Source of the DNA: an uncultured delta proteobacterium
Lineage (GTDB): Bacteria > Bdellovibrionota_C > UBA2361 > CAIXSY01
Assembly: GCA_903922175.1 (NCBI GenBank)
Contig: CAIXSY010000024.1
Location: forward strand, 634-64,633
Direction: 5' to 3'
Length of the DNA: 64,000 nucleotides
Below are positions 28,420 to 37,389 of the stretch, piece after piece. The notes beneath the pieces are model-generated. The model saw only the letters and a program-made list of their open reading frames with translations, searched no databases and had not been told where the DNA came from. Position numbers and translations under genes: made by a program. Position 1 is the stretch's first letter; each line of letters starts with the position of its first letter.

Positions 28420-29331
28420 CTATTCTGAGGAGTGCGACAAGATCTTACTTTTTAGGAAGCCCTCAACGCAATCGGCCCATAGTTGGTGCCCCTTTGGATT
28501 AGGGTGTCCTTCGCCTTCGACGGTTAGATCGGGGGTGAGCGTCATCGTGCAATCCGCAAAAGGAATATTTTTTGACTTAAGGAAGTTGGCGTATGGCTGC
28601 AGTTCGTTATCAAGGTTCGTTAGAATCACCACCCCGAAATTACGGCATCGTTGTTCGCACCGCCTGGCCATTTCTAGGATCAAAAGTTGAGTGGCGCGAT
28701 CCTTGTAACCAGAGCGCTGCCTCGTGACGAGGGACTGAATCCCATTTTGCAGCACATTCATAAAAGCCGAGCGATTGCTCAAAGGCCATATCCAATGTTC
28801 CGCGGGGGGATGGTAGGATAATGCGTTGTTGCCATCCAAAGTCACATAGGGTACTTGGACATGCCCCCGTCGCGAGTGCGCAGTCAGAAACCTTAGCCAC
28901 TGTTCTGTGGCCACATTTCTGTCAGCATCAACGGTACTGAAGCCATAAATTACCGTCGGTCTATTCTGTGTTTTTGTGAGAAGTCTATCGAGCAACATGA
29001 GGGACTGATAGGTGCTGTGTCCTCCTACCCCATAATTTTCGACAGCGTATTCTGGAAGCCGGTTTTGTACTTTCCATAAAAAAGTTTCTTCGTCGGACAC
29101 TGCCCACCCGTTAACGAAGGAATCTCCGAGGAACATTATTTGCTGCTTGTCGGAGCCCCTGCTGCCGTTATCTCTTCGTCCATCAGCCAAGTAGGTAACT
29201 TTCGTGCTTGAGCCAGACGGCGACCAAGGAGGAATCAAATACGAGCCTGGCTTGTTCCGCCATCCTAATTCCGGATCCGGCTCCAGAGTTGCCGGCTCAT
29301 TGGCCGAAGTTCTTGAATATCCCCACAGCAC
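28420..29331 (-). CDS. SGNH/GDSL-family hydrolase (paralogue 4), apparently separated from its own N-terminal membrane anchor by a frameshift
   Basis: SGNH blocks are MFLGDSFVNGW, NYGVGGHSTYQS and GEGHPNPKGH. The ORF starts at a GTG without an anchor. A 56-codon ORF from ATG ~29435, in another frame, encodes the expected anchor VILCAGIVLAVLAGEIYARLIGFE. Confidence 0.7.
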   Translation of the reverse strand: MLWGYSRTSANEPATLEPDPELGWRNKPGSYLIPPWSPSGSSTKVTYLADGRRDNGSRGSDKQQIMFLGDSFVNGWAVSDEETFLWKVQNRLPEYAVENYGVGGHSTYQSLMLLDRLLTKTQNRPTVIYGFSTVDADRNVATEQWLRFLTAHSRRGHVQVPYVTLDGNNALSYHPPAEHWIWPLSNRSAFMNVLQNGIQSLVTRQRSGYKDRATQLLILEMARRCEQRCRNFGVVILTNLDNELQPYANFLKSKNIPFADCTMTLTPDLTVEGEGHPNPKGHQLWADCVEGFLKSKILSHSSE

Positions 29332-29679
29332 ACTTCAAATCCGATAAGCCTGGCGTATATCTCCCCCGCCAATACAGCAAGGACAATCCCAGCGCATAAT
29401 ATTACTGAATTGACGACTCTCTGAGACGTGCCCATATGGAACTATGGCAATTAATAATTCACGGGGTCTTCTATATTTATAGCAAGAAGAAGCCTTATCG
29501 CACTAGACCTACCCCAAAGAAGTTTCCTCCAAGGAGCGATGCGATTCTTAGCAATTCTTGGATAAAAAAGCTCAGCATAGGTGAAAGAACTTATTTTGGG
29601 TAGAACAGTTCGCCATTGTACTTCGTCCGTAAAATAAAAGTTCCTTGTGTTTCTGGGTATTGACCTCATTAGGTGGGTT

Positions 29680-30774
29680 TTATTGCTGATCTGGAATAAC
29701 GTGAGGTGACCCCCGGCTACTCAGGTGACCCCACGCCAGAGCGAGCAAGGGGACGGCTGCATACCAACGCTCGTACCACGCGAAGAACAAAAAGGGCATT
29801 GAGAGCGCAAGGCCAAGCAAGAGGAGGTGATACACATACCTTCTGACAATTTTTGTAAGATATTCGGCGATGGAGCAGTAAGTTGGAAAGAGAAGCACCA
29901 GGGAATGGCTCCACATATAGGGAGCTATGGTTAAGGAAAGAGGGACAATTACCTGCAAGAAATTCTTTGTCGAGAATCGGGTGCGTAATCCGTAAGAAAA
30001 TGCGACTAGGCAACCGATTGTTGGTAGCAGGAGCGACAAATTGCCCCCCCATAGGCTGCGAAATACTTGAGACAACGATGCTCCGGGGAGTGAAAAACCC
30101 GAATCGAAGGTGCCGTGCCTGAGGAAGGAGAGGGTAATTCCAGGCACAAGTGCCTCGCCGAGAAGGAGCTGGAGGGAACCTCCAGCTATGGCCCCTCCAA
30201 TTAAGGCAACGCTCTTGTTGTGCGCCGTGGCCCCCAAAAGATAGGCATATACCCCCATAAAGAGGTTCGGCTTACATAGTGAGAGCGAAAGCACTACACC
30301 TGCCCAAAATAATCTCTGTTGCAGCAATAGGAGAGAGGCGCCGAGGAGTGTTAACAGCAGAAGGAAGTTGTATTGCCCCCAATATATGTTAGACCAATAC
30401 CACGGGAACAGGAGGACGAGAACGAGAGCTGCAGCATTGGACTTTTTTTTATGATGTGGAGCAAGTAGTCCCTGAATCCGAGTCAAGATGATGGCACTTG
30501 CCGCAGCAATTATGCAGGGCCATGCTACTCGAGCGGCCGAAAAAGGAATCAGTGAAAGAATGGCCCATAGCCACAGCGCCCAGGGCGGAGTAAGTACGGC
30601 ATGGGCGTACTCATCCGATGGCCACCCCAATTGATACATGAGCGATGCCAGGGCATTTTGATCATAGACATCCTGTCCATGACGGGCAAGAAATCCACTA
30701 GCCCATAGGTAAAAGACGTCATACCCGAATACGTCTTGGACGGTGTGGGTAGCGGTAGGGTCGAGGATGTCCAT
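29680..30774 (-). CDS. GT87/DUF2029-like GT-C membrane glycosyltransferase
   Basis: 364 aa and polytopic. The first loop is DVFGYDVFYLWASGFLARHGQDVYD. The C-terminal PYMWSHSLVLLFP block is shared with 44604..45860 and with the fragment at 39320..39793. Confidence 0.7.
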   Translation of the reverse strand: MDILDPTATHTVQDVFGYDVFYLWASGFLARHGQDVYDQNALASLMYQLGWPSDEYAHAVLTPPWALWLWAILSLIPFSAARVAWPCIIAAASAIILTRIQGLLAPHHKKKSNAAALVLVLLFPWYWSNIYWGQYNFLLLLTLLGASLLLLQQRLFWAGVVLSLSLCKPNLFMGVYAYLLGATAHNKSVALIGGAIAGGSLQLLLGEALVPGITLSFLRHGTFDSGFSLPGASLSQVFRSLWGGNLSLLLPTIGCLVAFSYGLRTRFSTKNFLQVIVPLSLTIAPYMWSHSLVLLFPTYCSIAEYLTKIVRRYVYHLLLLGLALSMPFLFFAWYERWYAAVPLLALAWGHLSSRGSPHVIPDQQ

Positions 30775-31014
30775 GAAGATCCGTTAGTCGCTAAGACGTT
30801 TAATAAATCTGCAGCCTCATGCCCAGCAATCCGCGGACCACGATAGCAGTGGTGTTTTTAATGTTCAACAGTGATATGGGCAGGGAGGGTACGGGGGCGA
30901 TAGCTCAGCGTCTGCCCTCTGTCGCGCTAAGTCTCCCAAAAAATTACATAGGTGACGCAAGGACCCTGAGTATTTGAGCTTCCTGTAATATTGGAGCTTT
31001 CCCTTTGAAATTAT

Positions 31015-33189
31015 TTAAGAAGGTGAGGTGGCCTTCTTGGTTAGTTGGGCACCACGTATGCTTGTGGCGATCCATGCCGCAGCATATAGCATGATGATGA
31101 CCAGGGTTAGCGCGCGCAGTCCCCATACAAAGGAAAGGACCTGCAGGAACCCACCCGCTACGGCGCCGAGTAAATTGATTCCCAAGGCAAGATTTTTGTC
31201 CTGCGTTTGATCAAATGATCCTGCAAAAATAGAGCTGCTAAAAAAAACTGGGGCCCCGCTTATCAATGCAACCGCCAGTAGTCGCGGTACATACGAGAGA
31301 GTGTAGAGCTGGCTGAAGTCGAGTTTGTATACGAGGAGAAGTGTCACGACGAGCACACCGAAGAGGACGTGTCTGTTGATATGCAGATAGTTTCGCAGCA
31401 ACGTTGCGACAAAGGCCATAAAAAGTACTCCCGAAACGACTGCGGCGCTTACTATCCAGGTTGTTCCACAGAGCAGAGAGGATCGGTTGACAAAATAGAC
31501 TTCCAGAAGCAAAAACGCTGCGCCGAGGAAGAAGAAATGCCACTGATCGCTGTGCCATCGCCAAAAGGTGGCCTGCACGTGCGCCGATCGTCCACCCCAA
31601 AAATAGAGAGCCAGAGTGAGTAAGAAAAGGAAAGCAAAAAGAGAGGGGATCGAGGGGTTTTCTAGGTAAAGATAGGGCCAGTCATCGGTTGAAATTGCGA
31701 ATGATTTGGGACTATTTGACGTAGGCGAGCTTATCATTACGCTAACGACACCATCTGGAAGAAGAGTCCGAAAGCGCTGCAGGCGGTCAGGTGGACCGAT
31801 TACAAATGAGACCGCTCCCGTGTCATATGTGGTCCGTCGTGCTGAAATAGCGAGTGGTGAACTTCCGAAAACGCTGCTGAGCATCTGTTGAATGCGCATG
31901 AATATAAAATTCTCTTGTACGGCAAACCCCAGTACCATCACCCCATCCTTCTTTAGAAGACGCTGTGCGTCACGGAAGCTCTCTTCAGTATAGACATAGT
32001 GATCAAGTCTAATGTTCGAATAGGCAGGTACGGTGTGGGAGTCGAGGAAGGCAAACACAATCAAGTCGAATTTCTTCTTACTTGAACGGAAATACGCACG
32101 AGCGTCGTCATTTACCACGGTAACCCGATCGACTTGGTCGTACGGATGCTCCGGGTGAAAACGCTTACCTATCTCTATAATAGCAGGATCGATATCAACC
32201 GACGTGACATGACGAGCCCCCCAACGCAGAGCTGCTGCAGTATCGTTGCCGGCGCCGGAGCCAACAATCAGGACATTCTCTGGGTTGGGCATCACGAGGT
32301 ACGGAAGATCGTGATCTCCAATAGCGGCTACTGAATTGTGAAACACCTCAGGATGTGCCGCTACCGTGCTGGGAAGTAGGTCGAACATAAACTGGTAGCC
32401 GATATTATTCACGTTGACCTCAAACGAGTTCGGCAAGGAGGTGTGCTGCTTCACGGAAAGCTTTTGATACGGGGACCAGATCTCAAGGATACTGTCGTTG
32501 AGGGGCAAGGCGACACTCCCTCCTAAGACAAAGATTGGGATAATCCACCAGCGCCAGGCTTGGCCGCTAAATACCTGCGAGCGCACAAGGAATAGAATAG
32601 CCAGTGCAAGGCTGCCCCACGCCACCGGCGGAAGCGATGCTAGGCCAACCAGAGCAAAGGCCCAAACTCCGGCCAGGCTCCCCATGATATTCGCACCGTA
32701 CAACGCGAGCGGACGGGAAGTTCGGCCAAAAGCTGAATTTAACGCAACGCCAAAAGGCAGCATCACCTGCCAAACCAGGAGCATGAGAATGAAGCTCAGG
32801 AAGAGTCCTAAGGTAAAGCTCGCGGCGCTTGCTCCCAGTGACGATAGCGCTCCCGGATACCAGATCTGCAAACCATCAAATACGGTAAGGAACAGGCTTG
32901 TCTGCGCGAAAGTCTCTTTAAACGGCGGGAAGGTCAAAAAAGCCCACAATGCGGAGAAGGCGAGTAGAGGGGCTTTGTTGCCACGCAGGACGCCTTTTCC
33001 AAGAAAACCAACTCCCATTGCTAAAAAACAGACGACAAGGATTGAGTTTTGGAGATAGGCGAAAATTCGCACCTCGGTGCTCACCCAGCGGATGAGGAAC
33101 ATCTCCATGAACAATGCTGCGCAGCTCACCGCGAAAACAAATGAGAGCTCTTGGACAGATGAACAACTTTTTAGGTCTTGTTGGCACAT
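31015..33189 (-). CDS. Polytopic membrane protein with an embedded spermidine-synthase-like domain, paralogue 2
   Basis: 724 aa. Blocks are EMFLIRWVSTEVRIFAYLQN, WSPYQKLS, VLIVGSGAGNDTAAAL, SVDIDP, VVNDDARAYF, FDLIVFAFLDSHT and TDDWPYLYL. It is collinear with 21329..23443 but on the opposite strand. Confidence 0.85.
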   Translation of the reverse strand: MCQQDLKSCSSVQELSFVFAVSCAALFMEMFLIRWVSTEVRIFAYLQNSILVVCFLAMGVGFLGKGVLRGNKAPLLAFSALWAFLTFPPFKETFAQTSLFLTVFDGLQIWYPGALSSLGASAASFTLGLFLSFILMLLVWQVMLPFGVALNSAFGRTSRPLALYGANIMGSLAGVWAFALVGLASLPPVAWGSLALAILFLVRSQVFSGQAWRWWIIPIFVLGGSVALPLNDSILEIWSPYQKLSVKQHTSLPNSFEVNVNNIGYQFMFDLLPSTVAAHPEVFHNSVAAIGDHDLPYLVMPNPENVLIVGSGAGNDTAAALRWGARHVTSVDIDPAIIEIGKRFHPEHPYDQVDRVTVVNDDARAYFRSSKKKFDLIVFAFLDSHTVPAYSNIRLDHYVYTEESFRDAQRLLKKDGVMVLGFAVQENFIFMRIQQMLSSVFGSSPLAISARRTTYDTGAVSFVIGPPDRLQRFRTLLPDGVVSVMISSPTSNSPKSFAISTDDWPYLYLENPSIPSLFAFLFLLTLALYFWGGRSAHVQATFWRWHSDQWHFFFLGAAFLLLEVYFVNRSSLLCGTTWIVSAAVVSGVLFMAFVATLLRNYLHINRHVLFGVLVVTLLLVYKLDFSQLYTLSYVPRLLAVALISGAPVFFSSSIFAGSFDQTQDKNLALGINLLGAVAGGFLQVLSFVWGLRALTLVIIMLYAAAWIATSIRGAQLTKKATSPS

Positions 33190-33385
33190 AACTTTTCCTT
33201 ATGGTGCGCCTGTGCTGTTATTGCGCATGAGATTGTTTGCAACAGCCTGAAAGTACCGTAAATAGGGTGTGCATGCTAGCCCCGCCGCTCTGTTGTTGCC
33301 AAGAAAACCACTGGCCGCTTCTGATCCGGGTGGATAGACTCTCTAAGACGAACACTTGTTATGTGTTACGCTTCATCTCAACTCA

Positions 33386-34423
33386 ATGCGCACGCCTAAA
33401 CCCATAGTTCTTTGGCTCTCGTATTTGGCCCCGCTGGGGATAAGCCTCCTGCTGTGTGAAGCCGTGTTGTGGTTGGTTAGCTACCCAAGTTGGTATGGGT
33501 CGAGAACCACTATGGAGCCTCCCATGTATCTCGAGCCAGACGTCCATCTCGGATGGCGGCATCGGCCCGGTTTTTACGAGTTTTACTCCCCATTCAAACA
33601 CGGAAACGCGGTAATGACCTTTGATCGAAACGGATCGAGGAGGAACATTCTGGCAACAAGCACAGTTCCAGCGGCGCTCTGGCTGTTTGGCTGTTCTTTT
33701 GTGGAGGGTTTTTCGCTGAGTAACGAGGAGACTTTCGCTTGGGATTTGGCGTCTCGTTTTAAGGGCGAGTATGCGGTGGTAAATTTTGGCACCGCCGGTT
33801 ATGGGACGTACCAAAGTTTACTGCTCATGAAACAGAAGCTGCAGGAGCAATCCGCGCTAGGGCTCATTACCCCGAAGTGGATCGGGTACCTCCTTAACGA
33901 TTTTCACGAGCCGCGCAACACTGGGGCCTATTCTTTTATGCGTCTCTTGAGTCCGCCCAAGGGTGGAAAGATTCCGTTATTGCCCTATTGTAAGCTTGAC
34001 CGGGAGGGCAGTTTGTCGTGTGACTACGCCGCAGCGGAGGTTATTTGGTCCATATCGTGGTATTCGCGGGTCGTGGCACTTATCAATGAAGCTTATTTCA
34101 CCTTCACGCTTCGCTCTAGAAACCAGAATGGCGAGACGGTGACGGGACAGCTGATCAAGCAGATGCATGAATTGGCACAAGGAGCCAATAGCCGCTTTGG
34201 CGTGATACTGTTTGCACTTTCGGCCGAGAAAAAAGCAAATTACGAGCGTTTCCTGCGTGGTGCGGGGATAGAATTTGTTGATTGCGACCGTGAGGAGAGG
34301 CTCTCTCCTGAGTTTTCCTTGCCGGACGGGCATCCTAATGCAGCCATGAATAAGCTGATCGCGCAGTGTGTGGACGCCTATTTGCGGACCTCCGTCATTT
34401 CCCAAGCAGGAGGGATTCGGTAG
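33386..34423 (+). CDS. Membrane-anchored SGNH/GDSL-family hydrolase (paralogue 5)
   Basis: I use the ATG at 33386, because track position 33356 is a TTG. The anchor is IVLWLSYLAPLGISLLLCEAVLWLV. SGNH blocks are LWLFGCSFVEGF, VNFGTAGYGTYQS and PDGHPNAAMN. Confidence 0.7.
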   Translation: MRTPKPIVLWLSYLAPLGISLLLCEAVLWLVSYPSWYGSRTTMEPPMYLEPDVHLGWRHRPGFYEFYSPFKHGNAVMTFDRNGSRRNILATSTVPAALWLFGCSFVEGFSLSNEETFAWDLASRFKGEYAVVNFGTAGYGTYQSLLLMKQKLQEQSALGLITPKWIGYLLNDFHEPRNTGAYSFMRLLSPPKGGKIPLLPYCKLDREGSLSCDYAAAEVIWSISWYSRVVALINEAYFTFTLRSRNQNGETVTGQLIKQMHELAQGANSRFGVILFALSAEKKANYERFLRGAGIEFVDCDREERLSPEFSLPDGHPNAAMNKLIAQCVDAYLRTSVISQAGGIR

Positions 34424-35817
34424 TGCGTTGGAAGAATTTCATTAGAGGTGGAGCGCTAGCAAACTATGGACTGCCGCTTGTCCTTGGCTTGGTGTTGCTT
34501 TGGTTGTCGAGTGGGAGTGTCAACCCGTATGCTTCCACCTACCCGCTGCCAATTGTAGACCCGACCTGCGGATATCTCTACAACCCAGACCACGAAGGCT
34601 TTCGAGCTCCTTTTTTGCTACTCGATGGTGCGCCCGCGCAAGACTGGATCCAGAGCGAAAACCTCAAGCGATTACTTTACCCATTTATAGCGTATCCTCT
34701 GATGAAGCTTCTCGGCTTCGAGTGGGGAGGCTTTATGATGAATCTGGTTTTATTTGTGGTAAGTTTTGCGGTCCTGTCGCAGCTCCTTACTCGTACGAGC
34801 GGTCCAGCTGCCGCATCTATGGGGCGGTGGCTTTTTGCCACCTTCCCGGGACTCGCCTACTGGGCCGGTCTTCCGTATAGTTATGCTTGCGTTGTCCCGT
34901 TTTCAGTCTTTGCTTTAGACTTGTTTACAGGCATAGCCTATCAAGAACAGCGCTGGGCCCGAACGCTACGTGCAGCGTTCTATGTGGGGCTCTTGTGCCT
35001 CGCCTACGATCTGTTCCTTCCGATATTTCTCGTGGCGCTTTTGGTAGAAGCAGTGGTTCTTCGTTGGCGTGTATGGATACTCCTCAGTGCTGCAGCGGTC
35101 ATGATCTTGCCGACTGTGCTGCTTAATTCTGGGCTCCTGCTGTTTTTGAAGGTGGATCCGCTGAATCCCAATACTGGGCGCTACTTCAAAATCCTTGCCG
35201 CATATCTCAATCCTCCCGCGTTCAGCAGCTGGTTTCTGATCCAAAAGGATCTTCCTTGGATACTGATTCATAACTTTCTCTCTTGTGGCTTTCTCTTTTT
35301 GCCCTTTGTCGCCTTCGTGGTGGCGGCATATTTATATCTCCTCGGTCGTAGGATCAGGCTTGAGAGATCGAAAGAGCTTAAGCTTGCCGAAATGGCCATC
35401 ATTGTCGGGTTAGGAGCAATGTTTATCTTGATAAATGCAGCTCCGCCCTATATCGATAGGTTTCAGATTCGAGGTCCGCAGTATGCAAGGCTCTATGTGC
35501 CGCTTGGGGTGGTGATCATTTCGTACCTGAGCAGCATATATCAAAGCTTGGGACAAAATTTGCGACTTAAGAGGGGAGTAAGCCTACTCTGTGGCATCGC
35601 TGTTATTGGCAACTGCCTCGTGATCACGGGGCCATACTATGCGCCGCAAATATCCGATCTCGTCTACTCCTCCTTCTATGGGCATGGGCCGACGGGGACT
35701 ATGACCAAGAATCTCCTGCTATTTGGGCCCCATCCTTTGGGAGTATGCCGTCCGCCCCCGAATATCGAGGGGTCGTCAGAATTTTTTTCGGACGGTCTAG
35801 GGAGCGTAGGCCGCTAG
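34423..35817 (+). CDS. Polytopic membrane protein of unknown family (possible GT-C-like)
   Basis: A GTG at 34423 overlaps the upstream TAG by 1 nt and is preceded by AGGAGG. About 464 aa, hydrophobic throughout. No diagnostic motif recognised. Confidence 0.5.
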   Translation: MRWKNFIRGGALANYGLPLVLGLVLLWLSSGSVNPYASTYPLPIVDPTCGYLYNPDHEGFRAPFLLLDGAPAQDWIQSENLKRLLYPFIAYPLMKLLGFEWGGFMMNLVLFVVSFAVLSQLLTRTSGPAAASMGRWLFATFPGLAYWAGLPYSYACVVPFSVFALDLFTGIAYQEQRWARTLRAAFYVGLLCLAYDLFLPIFLVALLVEAVVLRWRVWILLSAAAVMILPTVLLNSGLLLFLKVDPLNPNTGRYFKILAAYLNPPAFSSWFLIQKDLPWILIHNFLSCGFLFLPFVAFVVAAYLYLLGRRIRLERSKELKLAEMAIIVGLGAMFILINAAPPYIDRFQIRGPQYARLYVPLGVVIISYLSSIYQSLGQNLRLKRGVSLLCGIAVIGNCLVITGPYYAPQISDLVYSSFYGHGPTGTMTKNLLLFGPHPLGVCRPPPNIEGSSEFFSDGLGSVGR

Positions 35818-37305
35818 CGAAAGCCTGGTTGCTCTTATTAGATTGCGCTCTTCTGGGGCAAGCCCCTCATACTGATACGCCGGGAAGCTTAGAAAGTGTG
35901 GGCCGTAGAGTAAATTTCTTGAAGTGGGCGGCGGGGAAAATGTAGGAAGCAGTCGCGTCACGTGGAAGTAATCGCAGAAGTTAACCAGGGTGAGTTGATT
36001 GCCAAGGAGCGAATCCCCAGGAGCTGGGTGGAGAGGAAGAGAGTAACGTAAGCAGTTCTCTCTCTCTTCGACAAAGGTCAGCCGGTTTATGGTTTCCGCC
36101 GAGGCATGCACTGTATAGAGCCCGTCTCGCGGGTATTCTAGTGCATAGAACTCCTCAACTCGGGGGAGAAATGAACCAAGGCCAAGTGCCACCAGTGCTG
36201 CTCCTAGATATGCTCGAAACGAGCTACCCACGAGAGCATAGAGCCCCCCAACTGTCATAATCACCATAATAGCGTAAGCAGGCAGCAGTAATCGGCCGTA
36301 AAAGACCATGTGTCGTGCAAAGTAGCCCAGCGCGGCGTGCGTAAGGAGCAGTGAGGCGAGGGAAATAGCAATATAGACAAAATCGGGTCGAAGCAGACCG
36401 CGAAGCTTCGCTCGGCCGGTTCGTGTGCCGAGGCAGAGGAGGAAGGCCGCGGCACCGGCAAGAAGTAGTACTCCAATGGGTCCATCAACTTGGATAAGGT
36501 ATTCGGGGAGGAATGTAAAGCTTTCGTCGAACGAACCGATATTCACGGTCTGCGAAAGCTGAGAGAGTACCGCCAAGTATGAAAAACTAAAGCAGGCGGC
36601 GACCGCCTCAATTATGACGAGCGGAAGTAGCGCTCCCGCGCAAAATTGAAGCAGAGGGTGCGGCCACGATGCCCTTCCTAGTTTGAGGAGCAGAGCTCCA
36701 GCTATGGTGGGCACAGCAAAATAGTAGCCAGGGTAGGTGACAAAAGTCAGTGCGCTTAGGCTGCCTAGCGCAAGATAGTGCACAGTCGTCGAGTGCTTGC
36801 CGATATCGAAAAGTCTTAGACAGGCCCAGAGGAAGAAGCACAAGGCAGCATAGTACGGGACAAGGTGGCGAACGTAGTAAAAACTCGGCGTGCAAAAGCT
36901 AAAGAGGAGGGTACAGAGCCATGGAGCCGAAGCGCTTTCAAGGAAACTCTTCCTGGCGAGCAGGTACACCTGCAGACAGCAGACCGTAGCGAGAATGGCA
37001 TTTAGTGCTGTAGGGATGTAAAGTTCGACTGGGCTTAGTAATTGGACCTGGAGAAAATGTTCACGCAGTACCTGCAGAAGTGCTGGCAGGAAAAATACGG
37101 CTACCATCGCTGGGCGGGCGTGGGTTTCGCCGAGAAGTAATGAAAACGCCTGGAACCCATCTCCCTCGAGGAGTAGCCGCATTCCACGGAGGATACCTAT
37201 GTAGCGTTGTTCGTCGATCCAGGTCAAGCTTCCTCGGCCAAGAAGGGATAGACGCAGCAACAACAACGTCGTAAAGAAGAATAAAGAGAATTTTTTTGAG
37301 GACAT
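35797..37305 (-). CDS. GT-C-fold membrane glycosyltransferase (GT39/PMT_2-like)
   Basis: 502 aa and polytopic. The first-loop motif is SLTWIDEQRYIGILRG. It converges on the previous gene with a 21-nt overlap. Confidence 0.6.
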   Translation of the reverse strand: MSSKKFSLFFFTTLLLLRLSLLGRGSLTWIDEQRYIGILRGMRLLLEGDGFQAFSLLLGETHARPAMVAVFFLPALLQVLREHFLQVQLLSPVELYIPTALNAILATVCCLQVYLLARKSFLESASAPWLCTLLFSFCTPSFYYVRHLVPYYAALCFFLWACLRLFDIGKHSTTVHYLALGSLSALTFVTYPGYYFAVPTIAGALLLKLGRASWPHPLLQFCAGALLPLVIIEAVAACFSFSYLAVLSQLSQTVNIGSFDESFTFLPEYLIQVDGPIGVLLLAGAAAFLLCLGTRTGRAKLRGLLRPDFVYIAISLASLLLTHAALGYFARHMVFYGRLLLPAYAIMVIMTVGGLYALVGSSFRAYLGAALVALGLGSFLPRVEEFYALEYPRDGLYTVHASAETINRLTFVEERENCLRYSLPLHPAPGDSLLGNQLTLVNFCDYFHVTRLLPTFSPPPTSRNLLYGPHFLSFPAYQYEGLAPEERNLIRATRLSLAAYAP

Positions 37306-37389
37306 TTAAGATGAATGGTATGTCAGGTTGTAGTCTGTATCCCTCATTCTCAGCAGACTTTCCTCTAAAAGTATAGCTAGGATTTTTAG

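Noticed and set aside
29451-29669. A 72-aa minus-strand ORF upstream of SGNH paralogue 4.
   Set aside because: It has no motifs, an odd composition and no ribosome-binding site that I can see. The real upstream coding signal is the anchor-encoding short ORF at ~29268-29435.
30890-30970. A tRNA-like string, GGGGGCGATAGCTCAGCGTCTGCCC, resembling an acceptor stem plus D-loop.
   Set aside because: No T-arm (GTTCGAATC-like) or complementary acceptor 3' strand follows within 90 nt, so a cloverleaf cannot be drawn.
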